From: Macrostomum lignano
Lineage: Eukaryota
Assembly: GCA_002269645.1 (NCBI GenBank)
Contig: NIVC01000060.1
Span: forward strand, 1-46,379
DNA length: 46,379 bases
Reading direction: 5' to 3'
Positions within the stretch are counted from its first letter, which is position 1; each line of letters begins with the position of its first letter. A program made the position numbers and the translations under genes. Of this stretch, positions 35,479-45,729 are shown piece after piece. The notes below the pieces were generated by a model, which saw only the letters and a program-made list of their open reading frames with translations, searched no databases and was not told where the DNA came from.

Positions 35479-36451
35479 TGTTAGGCGTCCCACTTTGTCA
35501 GCAGTCTCCCTCGCCCTCGCCCTGGGTTGCTGTCTGCCGCTGGTCAGCTTCCCACCCCCCTTGGCCCGTCTGTTGCTGCCCTTGGCCTGTTCTGCCCTTC
35601 TGCGTCTCTGTTCTCAGCCCTCAGCTTCTCTGCTGTGGGCTGTCTCTGTTTCGTTCCCGTCCCGTTTTCCTCTGTCATGTGAGCAAGTCACATGACAGAC
35701 TCTGCGTTCTTCGAGTCCTAAAGTGCAGTAAACATGTTTACTGCACTCGTTGGCCCTGTTTACCGGGAGAATCACGTGCTTTCGGACCCCTCCCTTCTCT
35801 AAGGAGAGGAGTGACTCATGTTGCTAAAAATAGCAACTGAGTCACAGCCGCGTGTACTCTGGCCGGAGACCTCAAGTGACGTCAGTTCTAAAAATAGAAC
35901 GAGTCACGAGGTCTTGCGCGCACTGAGACCCTGCCTCGAGATCTCAAGTGACGTCAGTTCTAAAAATAGAACAAGTCACGAGGTCTTGTGCGTGGGTGTT
36001 TCCCGGCTATAAATAGGACCCCTCTCCCCTTGTTTCCGTCAAGGATTTGGCTTCTTATCTGCGGAGAATTCACTAAGATCCCGTGTGCGTCAGTGTCTAA
36101 CTAAGTGCCCTTTGCGTACTGAATCCGTTTGTACTGGTCTGACTGAGACCCCACTAAAGCCCAAGCCTAAGGGAGGCTAACACTGCCTTCCCAGCCACCC
36201 CTGAGCCCGGCGGGGATCTGCTGATCAGGACGCCTTGTTCATTAATCTGCAAATCTGCACGCTGTGCTGAGTTCGTTGACTTGTTTATTTCGTTCCGACG
36301 GGAAGCTCACCTCATCGAAGGCCGAGACCTGAAGGAACTGGTGGCAGCACTACCTACGCTACTGAGAGTTGAGAGAACTTCCCACTGAAGAGGCTCGAGT
36401 CTTAAGGTAATCTTAAGCGCCTAAATCGGGAAGAAACCCCAATCTATTTCA
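35479..36451 (+). mobile_element. LTR (973 bp, TG...CA) of a gypsy-type retrotransposon, internal region truncated
   Basis: Begins TGTTAGG and ends TTTCA, followed 1 nt later by a PBS; TATAAATA at 36008-36015; two 48-bp direct repeats with TGACGTCA. Confidence 0.8.
35871..36015 (+). promoter_or_regulatory. LTR U3 enhancer/promoter: duplicated 48-bp unit with CRE (TGACGTCA), then TATA box
   Basis: Units at 35871-35918 and 35943-35990; CRE at 35877-35884 and 35949-35956; AP-1-like TGACTCA/TGAGTCA just upstream. Confidence 0.6.
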
Positions 36452-36452
36452 C

Positions 36453-36472
36453 TGGTGGCAGCGGTGGGATTC
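36453..36472 (+). other. Primer-binding site complementary to the tRNA-Leu 3' end
   Basis: TGGTGGCAGCGGTGGGATTC is the reverse complement of ...GAATCCCACCGCTGCCA-CCA, a eukaryotic tRNA-Leu 3' end. Confidence 0.85.
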
Positions 36473-37105
36473 AAAGACCTTCCAGGCCACCCCGAAAAAC
36501 CCCAAGCATTTCACAATCCACATTAATTCCACTCATCAAACAAATAGCATCAGTAAATTCAATGAGTAAATTTAACCGCAGGCACTAACACTCCAGTACA
36601 CAGTAAAACCAGGCACCGAATATCCGGTATTCGTTGTTAATATGCGCTTATTTGGCTTGGCTCGTCCGTCCAACTTTCATTCGTACCCACTCATTGTTGC
36701 GATAGCAAAGCAATTAACAATAGAAATTAAAGGCACTACGAGTAAAAGTGCCACTAAAATTGGTTTGGACGTTATATGGAAAGCTTTCAATCATGACTTT
36801 CATTTTATTTTTAGCAGAATTAATAATTAAAGCAGCTCTACTATATACTGCGTGCGCCCGTTTGCTTGCTTCTCCTAATCTGATCAATCAATCAACTTGC
36901 ACAGTTTTCACCACTCAGGTAAGCGTTGTGTTAGGAGCACCACTCAAATATGCATACTGTATGCGTGTGGCTCGCGTCAGAAGCCACACAGCAAGCCAAT
37001 CATGAAACAAATCCATTGTTTGGACAAACTCCATATTTATAACCAAAGTTTGATTGAATTTCTCTTGAGAACCGAGGCATACCAAAGCATAGCTAGCTGA
37101 TAAAC

Positions 37106-38410
37106 ATGACGCCGGCTCTATTTGTGACTGTCATCACACTATTGCTGACAGCGGCTGGTGTCCAGGGACAGCAGGACTTCGAGGGTGAACTTGACACGTA
37201 TTTAAAGAACAACATCAGCTATTTCAGCCCGAATCTGTTACCAAGAATTAACCAGGACAAGGTGATCCAAATCGTGATGGACTCGCTTCTGTCTCAGATT
37301 GTGTCTGTAGACACGGCAAAGCAGAGCATAAAAATATCAGCATTCATTCAGGCTGTGTGGGAGGAGGAGCGACTGGTTTGGGATCCGAAAAAGTTTGGCG
37401 GCGTGAAAGTGATTAACCGGGACGCGTCAGAGGTCTGGTTTCCTGTTATCATGGTGTATAATGGCATTGGAGACGGACAGGTTCTCGCGCCGCAGATGCC
37501 GGTAGATCTTTTGTCGACAACAGTGAACAGTACGCAAGTTACTGCAATGTGGCGTCGCGAGTTCGAATTCGCCTGCCAATTTGACGTGTCAAAATTCCCT
37601 TGGGATCAGCACGACTGCGAGTTGGAGTTCTTCTTCAGCGACCAGGGGCACGGAAATTCGATGGTAATTCCAATAGCGAAGACCAATCACCCATTCGATA
37701 TAAAGGCGCTATACACAGAGAGCAGCGAGTGGACATTGGTGAATGCATCCTCAAAAGCTGAATATAGGGCTTACAATTTGATTCGCGGAGTAGCTGCGAA
37801 GCAAATTCTCCCATCTTATATCATCAGGGTGCAGTTTAAAAGAGTTTCAACGTACTATTTGATAAGCGTAATCACTCCGCTGTTGCTGTTGACTCTGCTT
37901 CAAGTGCTGGTGTACTTTGTACCACTCGAATCCGGCGAGAAACTGGGATTCGGCATCACAATCATGCTCAGTTATACCGTGTTTCTGCTGCTTCTGGACG
38001 GCATCCTGCCGAAGTCGCAGTCAACACCAGCTATTGCATCGTTCATCACGTCTGCCATGATCCTGTCAACGGTGTCACTGCTGTTAACTTCGCTAATCAT
38101 GCGATTTCACTACGCTCCGGAGGGCACCAAGATGCCCGCATGTGCCCGAGGCTTCTTTGTCCGATTCCTTGGACGCGTGTTCTGCGTGAACGGCTCGTCC
38201 AGTGCGCAGGACAGTGAGACTCCGACTGCTTACGCAACGGCAAGTGAGTCCAGTGTGCGCAAGATGGCCGACTCAGCTCCCGTGGCGAAGTCGGAATGGA
38301 TTGTGGCTTCCTACGCGATTGAGAGGCTGATGGTGGCTCTGGGAGTTTTCGCCACAGCTGCAATCATCGGAGTGTTTGTTTTGAAACCCATGATTCAAAA
38401 TCAAGACTAA
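37106..38410 (+). CDS. Intact intronless Cys-loop ligand-gated cation channel subunit B (divergent nAChR-like, non-alpha), 434 aa
   Basis: Signal peptide, Cys-loop CQFDVSKFPWDQHDC, M2 GEKLGFGITIMLSYTVFLLLL, four TM segments, short M3-M4 loop; no vicinal CC. Confidence 0.92.
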   Translation: MTPALFVTVITLLLTAAGVQGQQDFEGELDTYLKNNISYFSPNLLPRINQDKVIQIVMDSLLSQIVSVDTAKQSIKISAFIQAVWEEERLVWDPKKFGGVKVINRDASEVWFPVIMVYNGIGDGQVLAPQMPVDLLSTTVNSTQVTAMWRREFEFACQFDVSKFPWDQHDCELEFFFSDQGHGNSMVIPIAKTNHPFDIKALYTESSEWTLVNASSKAEYRAYNLIRGVAAKQILPSYIIRVQFKRVSTYYLISVITPLLLLTLLQVLVYFVPLESGEKLGFGITIMLSYTVFLLLLDGILPKSQSTPAIASFITSAMILSTVSLLLTSLIMRFHYAPEGTKMPACARGFFVRFLGRVFCVNGSSSAQDSETPTAYATASESSVRKMADSAPVAKSEWIVASYAIERLMVALGVFATAAIIGVFVLKPMIQNQD

Positions 38411-39768
38411 GCTGTTTACGAGCGTAAGAGGAATCTACGAGCTATCAACGCGCAGTGAATTTAAGACTGTTTGTTTAAATAATCTTGCTCGAAATTTAAC
38501 CCACTGATAACTCAGAGTGAGCCTTATTTTTGAAAATTATTGTTTTAATTTTTTCACACATTTGAGGAGGTGAAAATCAGTCGATAATTGGAGTTTACTG
38601 GTCTTCAACTTGTACCCTCGCTGTGATCTTTGTTCGTATTCACGCCCAAGAAATGTTTATAATCTCAGCTGCACACAATTATGCTCTATCTAAATAAACT
38701 CTATTGGACATTATCCTTTCGCTTAAATATAAATTTTTTCTCAACGCTATCTTCATAAAATTTTCTGTCCTAGCTAAATCTTTGAAATAATACATTCGAT
38801 ATTTTACGAATATATCAGATTTATGTGACGCTTCTAATTGTGACCTTGTGACGCTGCCATCTAAGAACTCTGACAGCGCATTTTGTTTTTGTTTTAACTT
38901 CTTAGGGGGACAGTGGGGGTACACATAATTCGTCAATTATTTTACCTTAGTTGTCCAGGGACAAAGACATTCGAGTCCTTGCTCGCTAGATTACAAAATA
39001 TTGTAAATGGGAAGTATTATACTAGCTCCACTCCTATTGCTTTATGTAAAGGATATACGAGGGTAATGGTGTGTGTTGTGTTAATGTGTGTTAAATCTTG
39101 AAGAAATATCTAATTTAGATGAAGAAAAAAAAACTGAGTCTGTATTTTACCCTACAGAACCAAAAAACCCTGGGGAACAGCACCACTTCAGTCCAATTAC
39201 AAGCTTATAACTATAGACATAGAACTAAAGCTCCATATAAAACATAGATATAACGATTTACATTACTTCCATTCCGGGATTTCCGGGATTCAATACGCTC
39301 GTATTATCCTGGAAAATCGTTATGTCTATGCTCTCTTTAGAGGATTAAACATGCATTTTGAGGGAGCTGCAATATTGTAAAAAGCCTGACGGCCAAATGA
39401 TAAATCAAATTTAGTATAGAAGTTTCCAAGCCAATTGAGCCTAGGAGCAAGCAGTTTAATCCTTATTGGGAGAATCAAGCTATTGAACACTTGCTTTTCA
39501 TTGTCTATGGCCCAAAAAATGGGGACTATGGAGCAACCAATTTGAGAATTAATCCTTTTCACAGTGCTCGTATATCCTTCACGAATAACTTTACTGAAAT
39601 AACGTCTGCAAATAGATGGCATATCAAGAAACGATTGACATTAACACTTTGATTTCAGAGAAACCAATCAAACAGGCAAAGGAAAAACCATGGCATACAG
39701 TATAAGCCGAGAACAATCGTGTCTCTCAAAACAGTGTTGGACAGATTGAAACCAAACCCGATCAATGT

Positions 39769-40932
39769 TCAGAGAATTTCTTCCTCGTTTAAGCAGTGCG
39801 GGATGAAGCGAAGCATCTGCCGAAACCAGCCACCGCATTTGGCCTCTGTGATCTCAGCCGTTGTCTCCTCCGCAATCCGATGAAGAACGAGTACGCACCA
39901 CTCGAGCAGTGTTGTCTCTGGCGGTGGATTGTCCAATTCGATTTGCACCTGTGGCTGTGCAAGCTGCCGCTTGATGGCCGCCTTCAAACAGGAATGCGCA
40001 CACTCGGTCGGGTTCAGAATGGAGAATATGGAGGCAGTACTACAACCTGCCAGTTCAGCTCAAACTGCTGGGGGATCCTCAGCCGGCTATGGAAGCGAGC
40101 GCCATCAATGGTTACTAAGAAGTTCTCGGCATTGTCTACATCATCTCGATTGTTGACAGCATGGAGCAGCTCTTTCGACAAATGCTTGAAACACGTTTGA
40201 AGTCAGTGTGTGACCGACAATCTTGTGGTGTACCAAGCCGAAATTTGGTGCCACTGCCTGCAGGAAATTGACCTGAACCCCACGTTGCGTGTGCAAAACA
40301 CGTCGGACTCGCTGGCCACGTCTGCTGCGTCCTTGGGACCGGCGAGTTCAAATGTTGAAACCGGTCTCATCAACATAGATGAGGTGATGTTCAAGTGGAA
40401 CACCAGTGAACCAGTGAGAAAATTCTCGTCGGCGTGCCCGATATTCAGGACTATTCCTGACCACTGGCACATCGGCGTCTCGACCAAGGCACTTCAATGT
40501 AATCAGCTGTTTGTCCAAGGTCTGGCTTACAGCTGTAGTACTCACTTCGAAGCCTGGATAGGTGTCAGTCAACTTGCGTCGCAACTCTTTCAACGTCATT
40601 AGAGGATGGATATCCAGTGATGAAAGAAGTAGTTGGATGTGTTTCTCTTCCAGTTTCGATGCTCGATCTCCACCCCGTCGTGCGCGGTCCCGGCGTCCCG
40701 TGATTTCATAGCGACGCCTGATAGAATAAACTGTTTTTCTCTTTACGTCCAGCTATCGCGAAATGTGCTCAGCACTATCACCTCTATCGATGGCAGCGAT
40801 AATCAGGTCGTACTTTTCGTTGCTTATCTTGCGATAGGGTTCTCGCCCTGCAGGATTCTGCTCATCTACTCCATCTTGGGCTGTAGCAAAACTTTCGTCA
40901 CTGCTCTGCTCGCTAAATTCTTCGTCTGCCAT
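39769..40932 (-). pseudogene. Tc1/IS630-type DDE transposase pseudogene
   Basis: HTH region, then IYVDETGFN, IDGARFH, LPPYSP(F)LNPTE. In-frame stops near 40755 and at 40348; frameshifts near 40172 and 40015. Confidence 0.88.
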
Positions 40933-41063
40933 GTCTATGTTTGTCTAATGAAATCTGTTATTTTCTATGGTCTAAGGCTTGCGCAACTGTGGAAAGGATT
41001 AATAGCGCGCCCAAATTCTCAAATTGGTTGTTCCATGGACCCCCTTTCGGGCCATAGACAATG

Positions 41064-41265
41064 GATAAATAATCAGCGGTCCCAGTGCGTGACAACGATT
41101 GTCTGGCGAGCGCCGGTAGGCGCGAGCCATAGACAAATCGTTGCCACGTGCTGCGACCGCTGATTCTTTGCATTGTTTTTCTATTTGACGATCCTAAAGA
41201 AAATGCATTGCTTGTAGTAATGGATTGTTCTGCATTAAAAATGTGAATAATGATCGTCAAATTGC
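41064..41265. mobile_element. 202-bp insertion in the right TIR, flanked by a 9-bp direct repeat TAGACAATG, containing a 95-nt hairpin
   Basis: Repeat at 41055-41063 and 41266-41274; imperfect palindrome AATCAGCGGTC...GACCGCTGATT at 41071-41165. Confidence 0.65.
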
Positions 41266-41589
41266 TAGACAATGAAAAGCAATTGTCTTCAATAGCTTGA
41301 TCTTCCCACTAAGGATTAAATTTCTTGCTCCTAGCTCAATTGGCTTGAAAAAAAGCAAGTCTATTTTTTTCAAGCCAATATTTATCAAATATCTCGCTAG
41401 AAATGTGATAACACTGGCGCTGCTTTATGCTTTCATATTGATGAAAGCTATCTGTCCAATCGAATTTCAGTAGCAAACGGATTTTCAGGCGATCTTTGAG
41501 CCCAACCTGTAGTTGGTCGGGGTGAAACGGCATTAAAACTATTTTATCAGACGTACCAGTTGTCAATGCGATCAGCAATGCACTGGAAA

Positions 41590-42873
41590 ATGAGACATAA
41601 AATGCTATTCTCATTCATACTGCTGGTTTCGCTTTTAGCCTCGACACTAGCTACTGATTTCGATGTCCTGCTAATGCAGCACCTAAACAACAAAATTGCA
41701 AACTACAGCCAATGATTCTGCCAATATTAAACAAGACAAAGAAAGTCAACGTGTCGTTTCACATCATGGTCAGCCCATTTGTCTCAGTGGACACTGCCAA
41801 GCAGAACATCAAAATCGCTGCCTACGTTTAAGCCAGCTGGGAGGAGGAGCGACTCGTGTGGAATCCTGCCGACTTTGGTGGCGTCGTTCTACTAGCTGGG
41901 ACCCAGCGAAAATTTGGTACCCAATCATCATGACATACAACGGTAACGGCGATGAACAGATTCTGATTCCTCGGATTCCTACTTACACTGGCTTCTAAAA
42001 ATTCAAGCGTGACGACGGTTGCTTCATCCTGGCGCCGGGAGTTCGAATTTTTTTGCCAATTCAACATGTCCGACTTTCCGTACGACCAGCACACTTGCGA
42101 GCTGCTGTTCTTCCTTGCAACTCAGGCCAATCCTGATGCAATGCGGCCTGTTCGCAGCGCAATGCCCATGCGGGTGACAGGAATTTACAAGCCTAGCAAC
42201 GAGTGGATATTGAAAATTGCAACAGCAGATTTGGAAACCAAAAAATATTTTATAATCGAAGGACATAACGAGACCGAACCTTCGAACTTTGTTCTGCGAT
42301 TGCACTTGTAGCGAGTGTCAACGTACTATTTCATCAACATCATCACGCCTTTGCTGCTGTTGACTTTGCTCCAGGTGTTGGTGTACTTTGTACCCCTGGA
42401 GTCCGGTGAGAAGCTGGGATTCGGCATCACAATCATGCTCAGCTACACTGTGTTCTTGCTGCTCCTGGACGGAATCCTGCCGAAGTCGCAGAAGATGCCC
42501 GCCATTGCCCTGTTCATCACGGCCGCCATGGTGCTGTCCACCGTGTCGCTGCTGCTGACATCGCTGACCATGCTGTTCCACTACAGGCCGGAGGGCAGCC
42601 GCATGCCGGAATGCGCTCGGGCGGCCTTTGTTCGATGCCTGGGCCGCCTGCTCTGCGTCAGCGGCGCCACAGGTGGGCCAGCAGAGTCCGGCTGAAGCTG
42701 AGGGCGATGGCAACTGCGTGCGGAAACCGCCTACGGCGGAAGAGAAATCGGTCGATTCAGACTGGGTGGTGGCCACCCGCGCTATCGAGAGATTCTTGTC
42801 GCTGTTAGGAGTGGTTGCTACCGCCATCATAATTGTAGTCTTTCTGATGGGGCCGTATCTTCAGTTCTCTTAA
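41590..42873 (+). pseudogene. Intronless Cys-loop channel subunit C, pseudogene
   Basis: Signal peptide, Cys-loop CQFNMSDFPYDQHTC, identical M1-M2 block. Frameshifts near 41710, 41890, 41985 and 42670; in-frame stops at 41829-41831 and 42309-42311. Confidence 0.88.
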
Positions 42874-43444
42874 TGAAACTTGAATAACTGAGATTTGAAT
42901 GCTTATGAAAGGCATTGGCATTCTATTGACTACCATATTCATTGATACTCTTTGCAATGGTTTTGTTTTATTTTCTGAATAATCTTCTGAATTGAATTTT
43001 CGGAATTTTTTAGCTCTGAATTTAGGAAACAGGCATTGATCCCCGGGCCTTCTTGGGCAGTGACTAGATAGATCTGTAGTGAAACATGCGTGATCAATTT
43101 TTTCATGCATAGGCTAATGCCAATCGCGGAAGGGCTTGAATAAACGAAAGTAACTAGTCACCGTTGCCATTGGATACGCACTAGTCAAGCGCGAAATGCA
43201 GGCAATGGAAATAGGCTAGGCGTTTTGCTAATGCAATTAACGTTTGGGCAAATATTTGAATAGCTAGCAATGCGGCCCGTTCGTCCAGTTGCCATTGCTG
43301 GGCGCTAAATCTGCTTCAGTTGCAGAGTAAACAGTCTGTATTTCAGCGAGAGCAGAAACCGTGTATAATTAATTAAGTTCTTCCTAGCTAGTTAATTGAT
43401 GGTAGCTAGGAGAGGAAAGATTAAGTGCTCTCCCTATAACAAGA

Positions 43445-43795
43445 TTATTATTAATAATAATTACAAAGGGTTGTGGCTTCATCCACTATACTGCTCTTCT
43501 GCAATTCTGAGGCAATTCTGGCCATTCCGCCGAGTCCTGAGCACACACAAGCGCGCTAATACTGTAAGCAGGCACGCATTCGTGCACACGCTCACACAGG
43601 GCCTTTTTGACTTTCTAATCGTCAGGGGATGTACACCCTCTGCGCCTTGGGGTTTGGCCCGCATGTGGGCGAGAATCGCAGGACAACCCCCTGGGCCAAC
43701 TTTCGTGCACAGGCCCGATATGCATGTGGCCGCGTACTGAACCGATCCCGGGGGTCGCGGGGCGAGTCAGACGGCTCTGCCTACATCGAATACCG
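43445..43795 (-). mobile_element. tRNA-derived SINE, family 2
   Basis: CCATTCCGCCGAGTCCTGAGCACAC...TTTCTAATCGTCAGG is shared with 28620-28750. Confidence 0.75.
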
Positions 43796-44828
43796 AAGTC
43801 CTCAGAACTTCCGAACTTGGCAACAGAAATCGGCCACAATTCAAAATCAAATCAGAATTCAAGCTTCCATTTAAACACGTACTGTTAAAAATTATCCCTT
43901 AAAAAGCTTTTTTGAGGCAGAGAGGCAGGAATTACAGATGCAAATTACATATGTAACATGTAAATATTAGACAGGTGAGTTATAATTACATCAAATTTTT
44001 CCTGATCAAACATGAATAGGTACAAAAAATCGAAAAAATACAAATCGAGCTACAAGTTGCGAAGTTTGAATGCAGGTACCAGGTAGGGAGGCTTGGGTCC
44101 ATGTGATTTTGCAGCAGTGCATTTAGCTCCGTGGCAGATTTTGTCTGAATCGCATTGAGTCCTAGAGAGTCTTACTAAAGAGCTAGGGATTCTCCCAATA
44201 GAAAATTTCCGGTAGTAACCACATATTAAACTCATGCTTTTCTGGTATGAGAGGTCTTCATTTCTATGTACTCTAACGTGGGGGTACAGTTACATCGGTC
44301 AGTCATCAATACATGTGTATACCATGTCGCTATGTCCCCTATAGCCTCTTTTCTAAGAATCGGTGGCAGTTCTTGCGCTCGTACATGCAGATCTTACCAC
44401 CTCATCAACACTGACGTTTCCTTATTGCCTATGTTAATTCCACGTTCGGAGCACGGAAGCAGCCTGACGCAAACACCAACGTGGGGGAGCGAGGCACGCA
44501 AGCCCCATAAAACCCTATAGACTTGGGACATAATATTTCGACGAAAAGAGTAAAATAAGCTATCAGCAACGATTAAGGAAAAAGCGATCGCCATTATGAA
44601 TAAGGATAAAAGACACCACAGAGGATAAAACTTGACTCTGCGCAAACAGACAAGACGAGCCGACACAACGCTAGAAGACCTTAAAACCATATCGGGGGAG
44701 GTGGGTGCGCGCATGGCAGAGGGACGAAGAGGAGCGGGGCGACGGAAATAAAGAATACATGACGCAAAAAGTGTTCAGAGCAAGGGAGAGAGAACCATCG
44801 AGACCGGTGCCCGACCAGCTATTGACCA

Positions 44829-44864
44829 CCGTAAACGTCACCCCCTAAAGGGGCACGCTTACGG
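44829..44864. other. 36-nt GC-rich stem-loop at the edge of an unclassified element (about 44300-44870)
   Basis: CCGTAAACGTCACCCCC-TAAA-GGGGCACGCTTACGG; composition switches to AT-rich immediately after. Confidence 0.5.
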
Positions 44865-45729
44865 GTAATTAAGAGCAAACGTTTGATTACTTTCTACGTG
44901 TCTGTCAGTTGAATTACATGAAGTAGAATATATTTTTAAAATATAAACTAAAAAATACAGATGGAGCCAGACAGACTTAACGTCAGATACCCCAGAAAGA
45001 TAATACAAGATTGAACAGAGTTGATGTAGCTAATAGCCACATGTTTGTACTGTAGATATGACGATATCCTGGAAATTTCGTCTAAAACCTAAGAATTGAG
45101 GCTGTGAACTGAGCATTAGGATTAAAATGTTAATTACATATCCTACTGACATGTCCCATTCCGAAAAGTTATAAAAATAGCACCGCTCAACTCATCCTGT
45201 TAAAATTTTTGTTACATAGTCAGAAGCTGAGAATGGTAAAAAAGATATTCATAAAACTAATAAGTCGAGCTAGGCCATTTTTATAATTCTTAAGCACAGG
45301 AAATGTACGAAGAACATCAATTTAACATACATGTAGAATCCTAATTTTCTAAGCATATTAGGATCTTGTAACATGTATACGAAAGGCAAGATATCAAAAG
45401 ATGAACCAGGGACTACTTAAACTAGTTTAAGAAGTCCCTGAAGATGAACATTAGGTCTGCCTCCAGTCAAATGCAATAACAATGTTTGCGCTATGCTATG
45501 CTATGCCACTCAGCTGCGGAACATACTACTATCAGTACAGCGTGTTTTTGGTACTCAAATTTATTCGTCATCGTATCGATTGGATCTTGACTATAAAATA
45601 TTTGAACCAACATTGGTGAGTACTAAGCAAAGCAAGCACAAAAATACTTTTTCGTTGATACATTTATAGGAAAGATTCTCGTTTAACCAATAGACCTCAG
45701 TCAAAACACTTTCTAGGACTGCAACAAGG

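Larger units (their letters stand above)
39424..41350 (-). mobile_element. IS630/Tc1/mariner-superfamily DNA transposon (dead) with about 140-bp TIRs
   Basis: Left TIR 39424-39565 matches the right TIR 40986-41350, which is interrupted by a 202-bp insertion. Encloses a transposase pseudogene; exact TA termini are ambiguous. Confidence 0.8.

Noticed and set aside
39796-41272. Plus-strand ORFs of 100-176 aa over the transposon
   Set aside because: Antisense shadows of the transposase and TIR sequence with no recognisable motifs.
43595-43630. Hammerhead-like CTGACGA-TTA-GAAA core in SINE family 2 (minus strand; also near 27950, 28710, 20440)
   Set aside because: No helix II, no conserved helix III or NUH site across copies, and one copy has CTGATAA.
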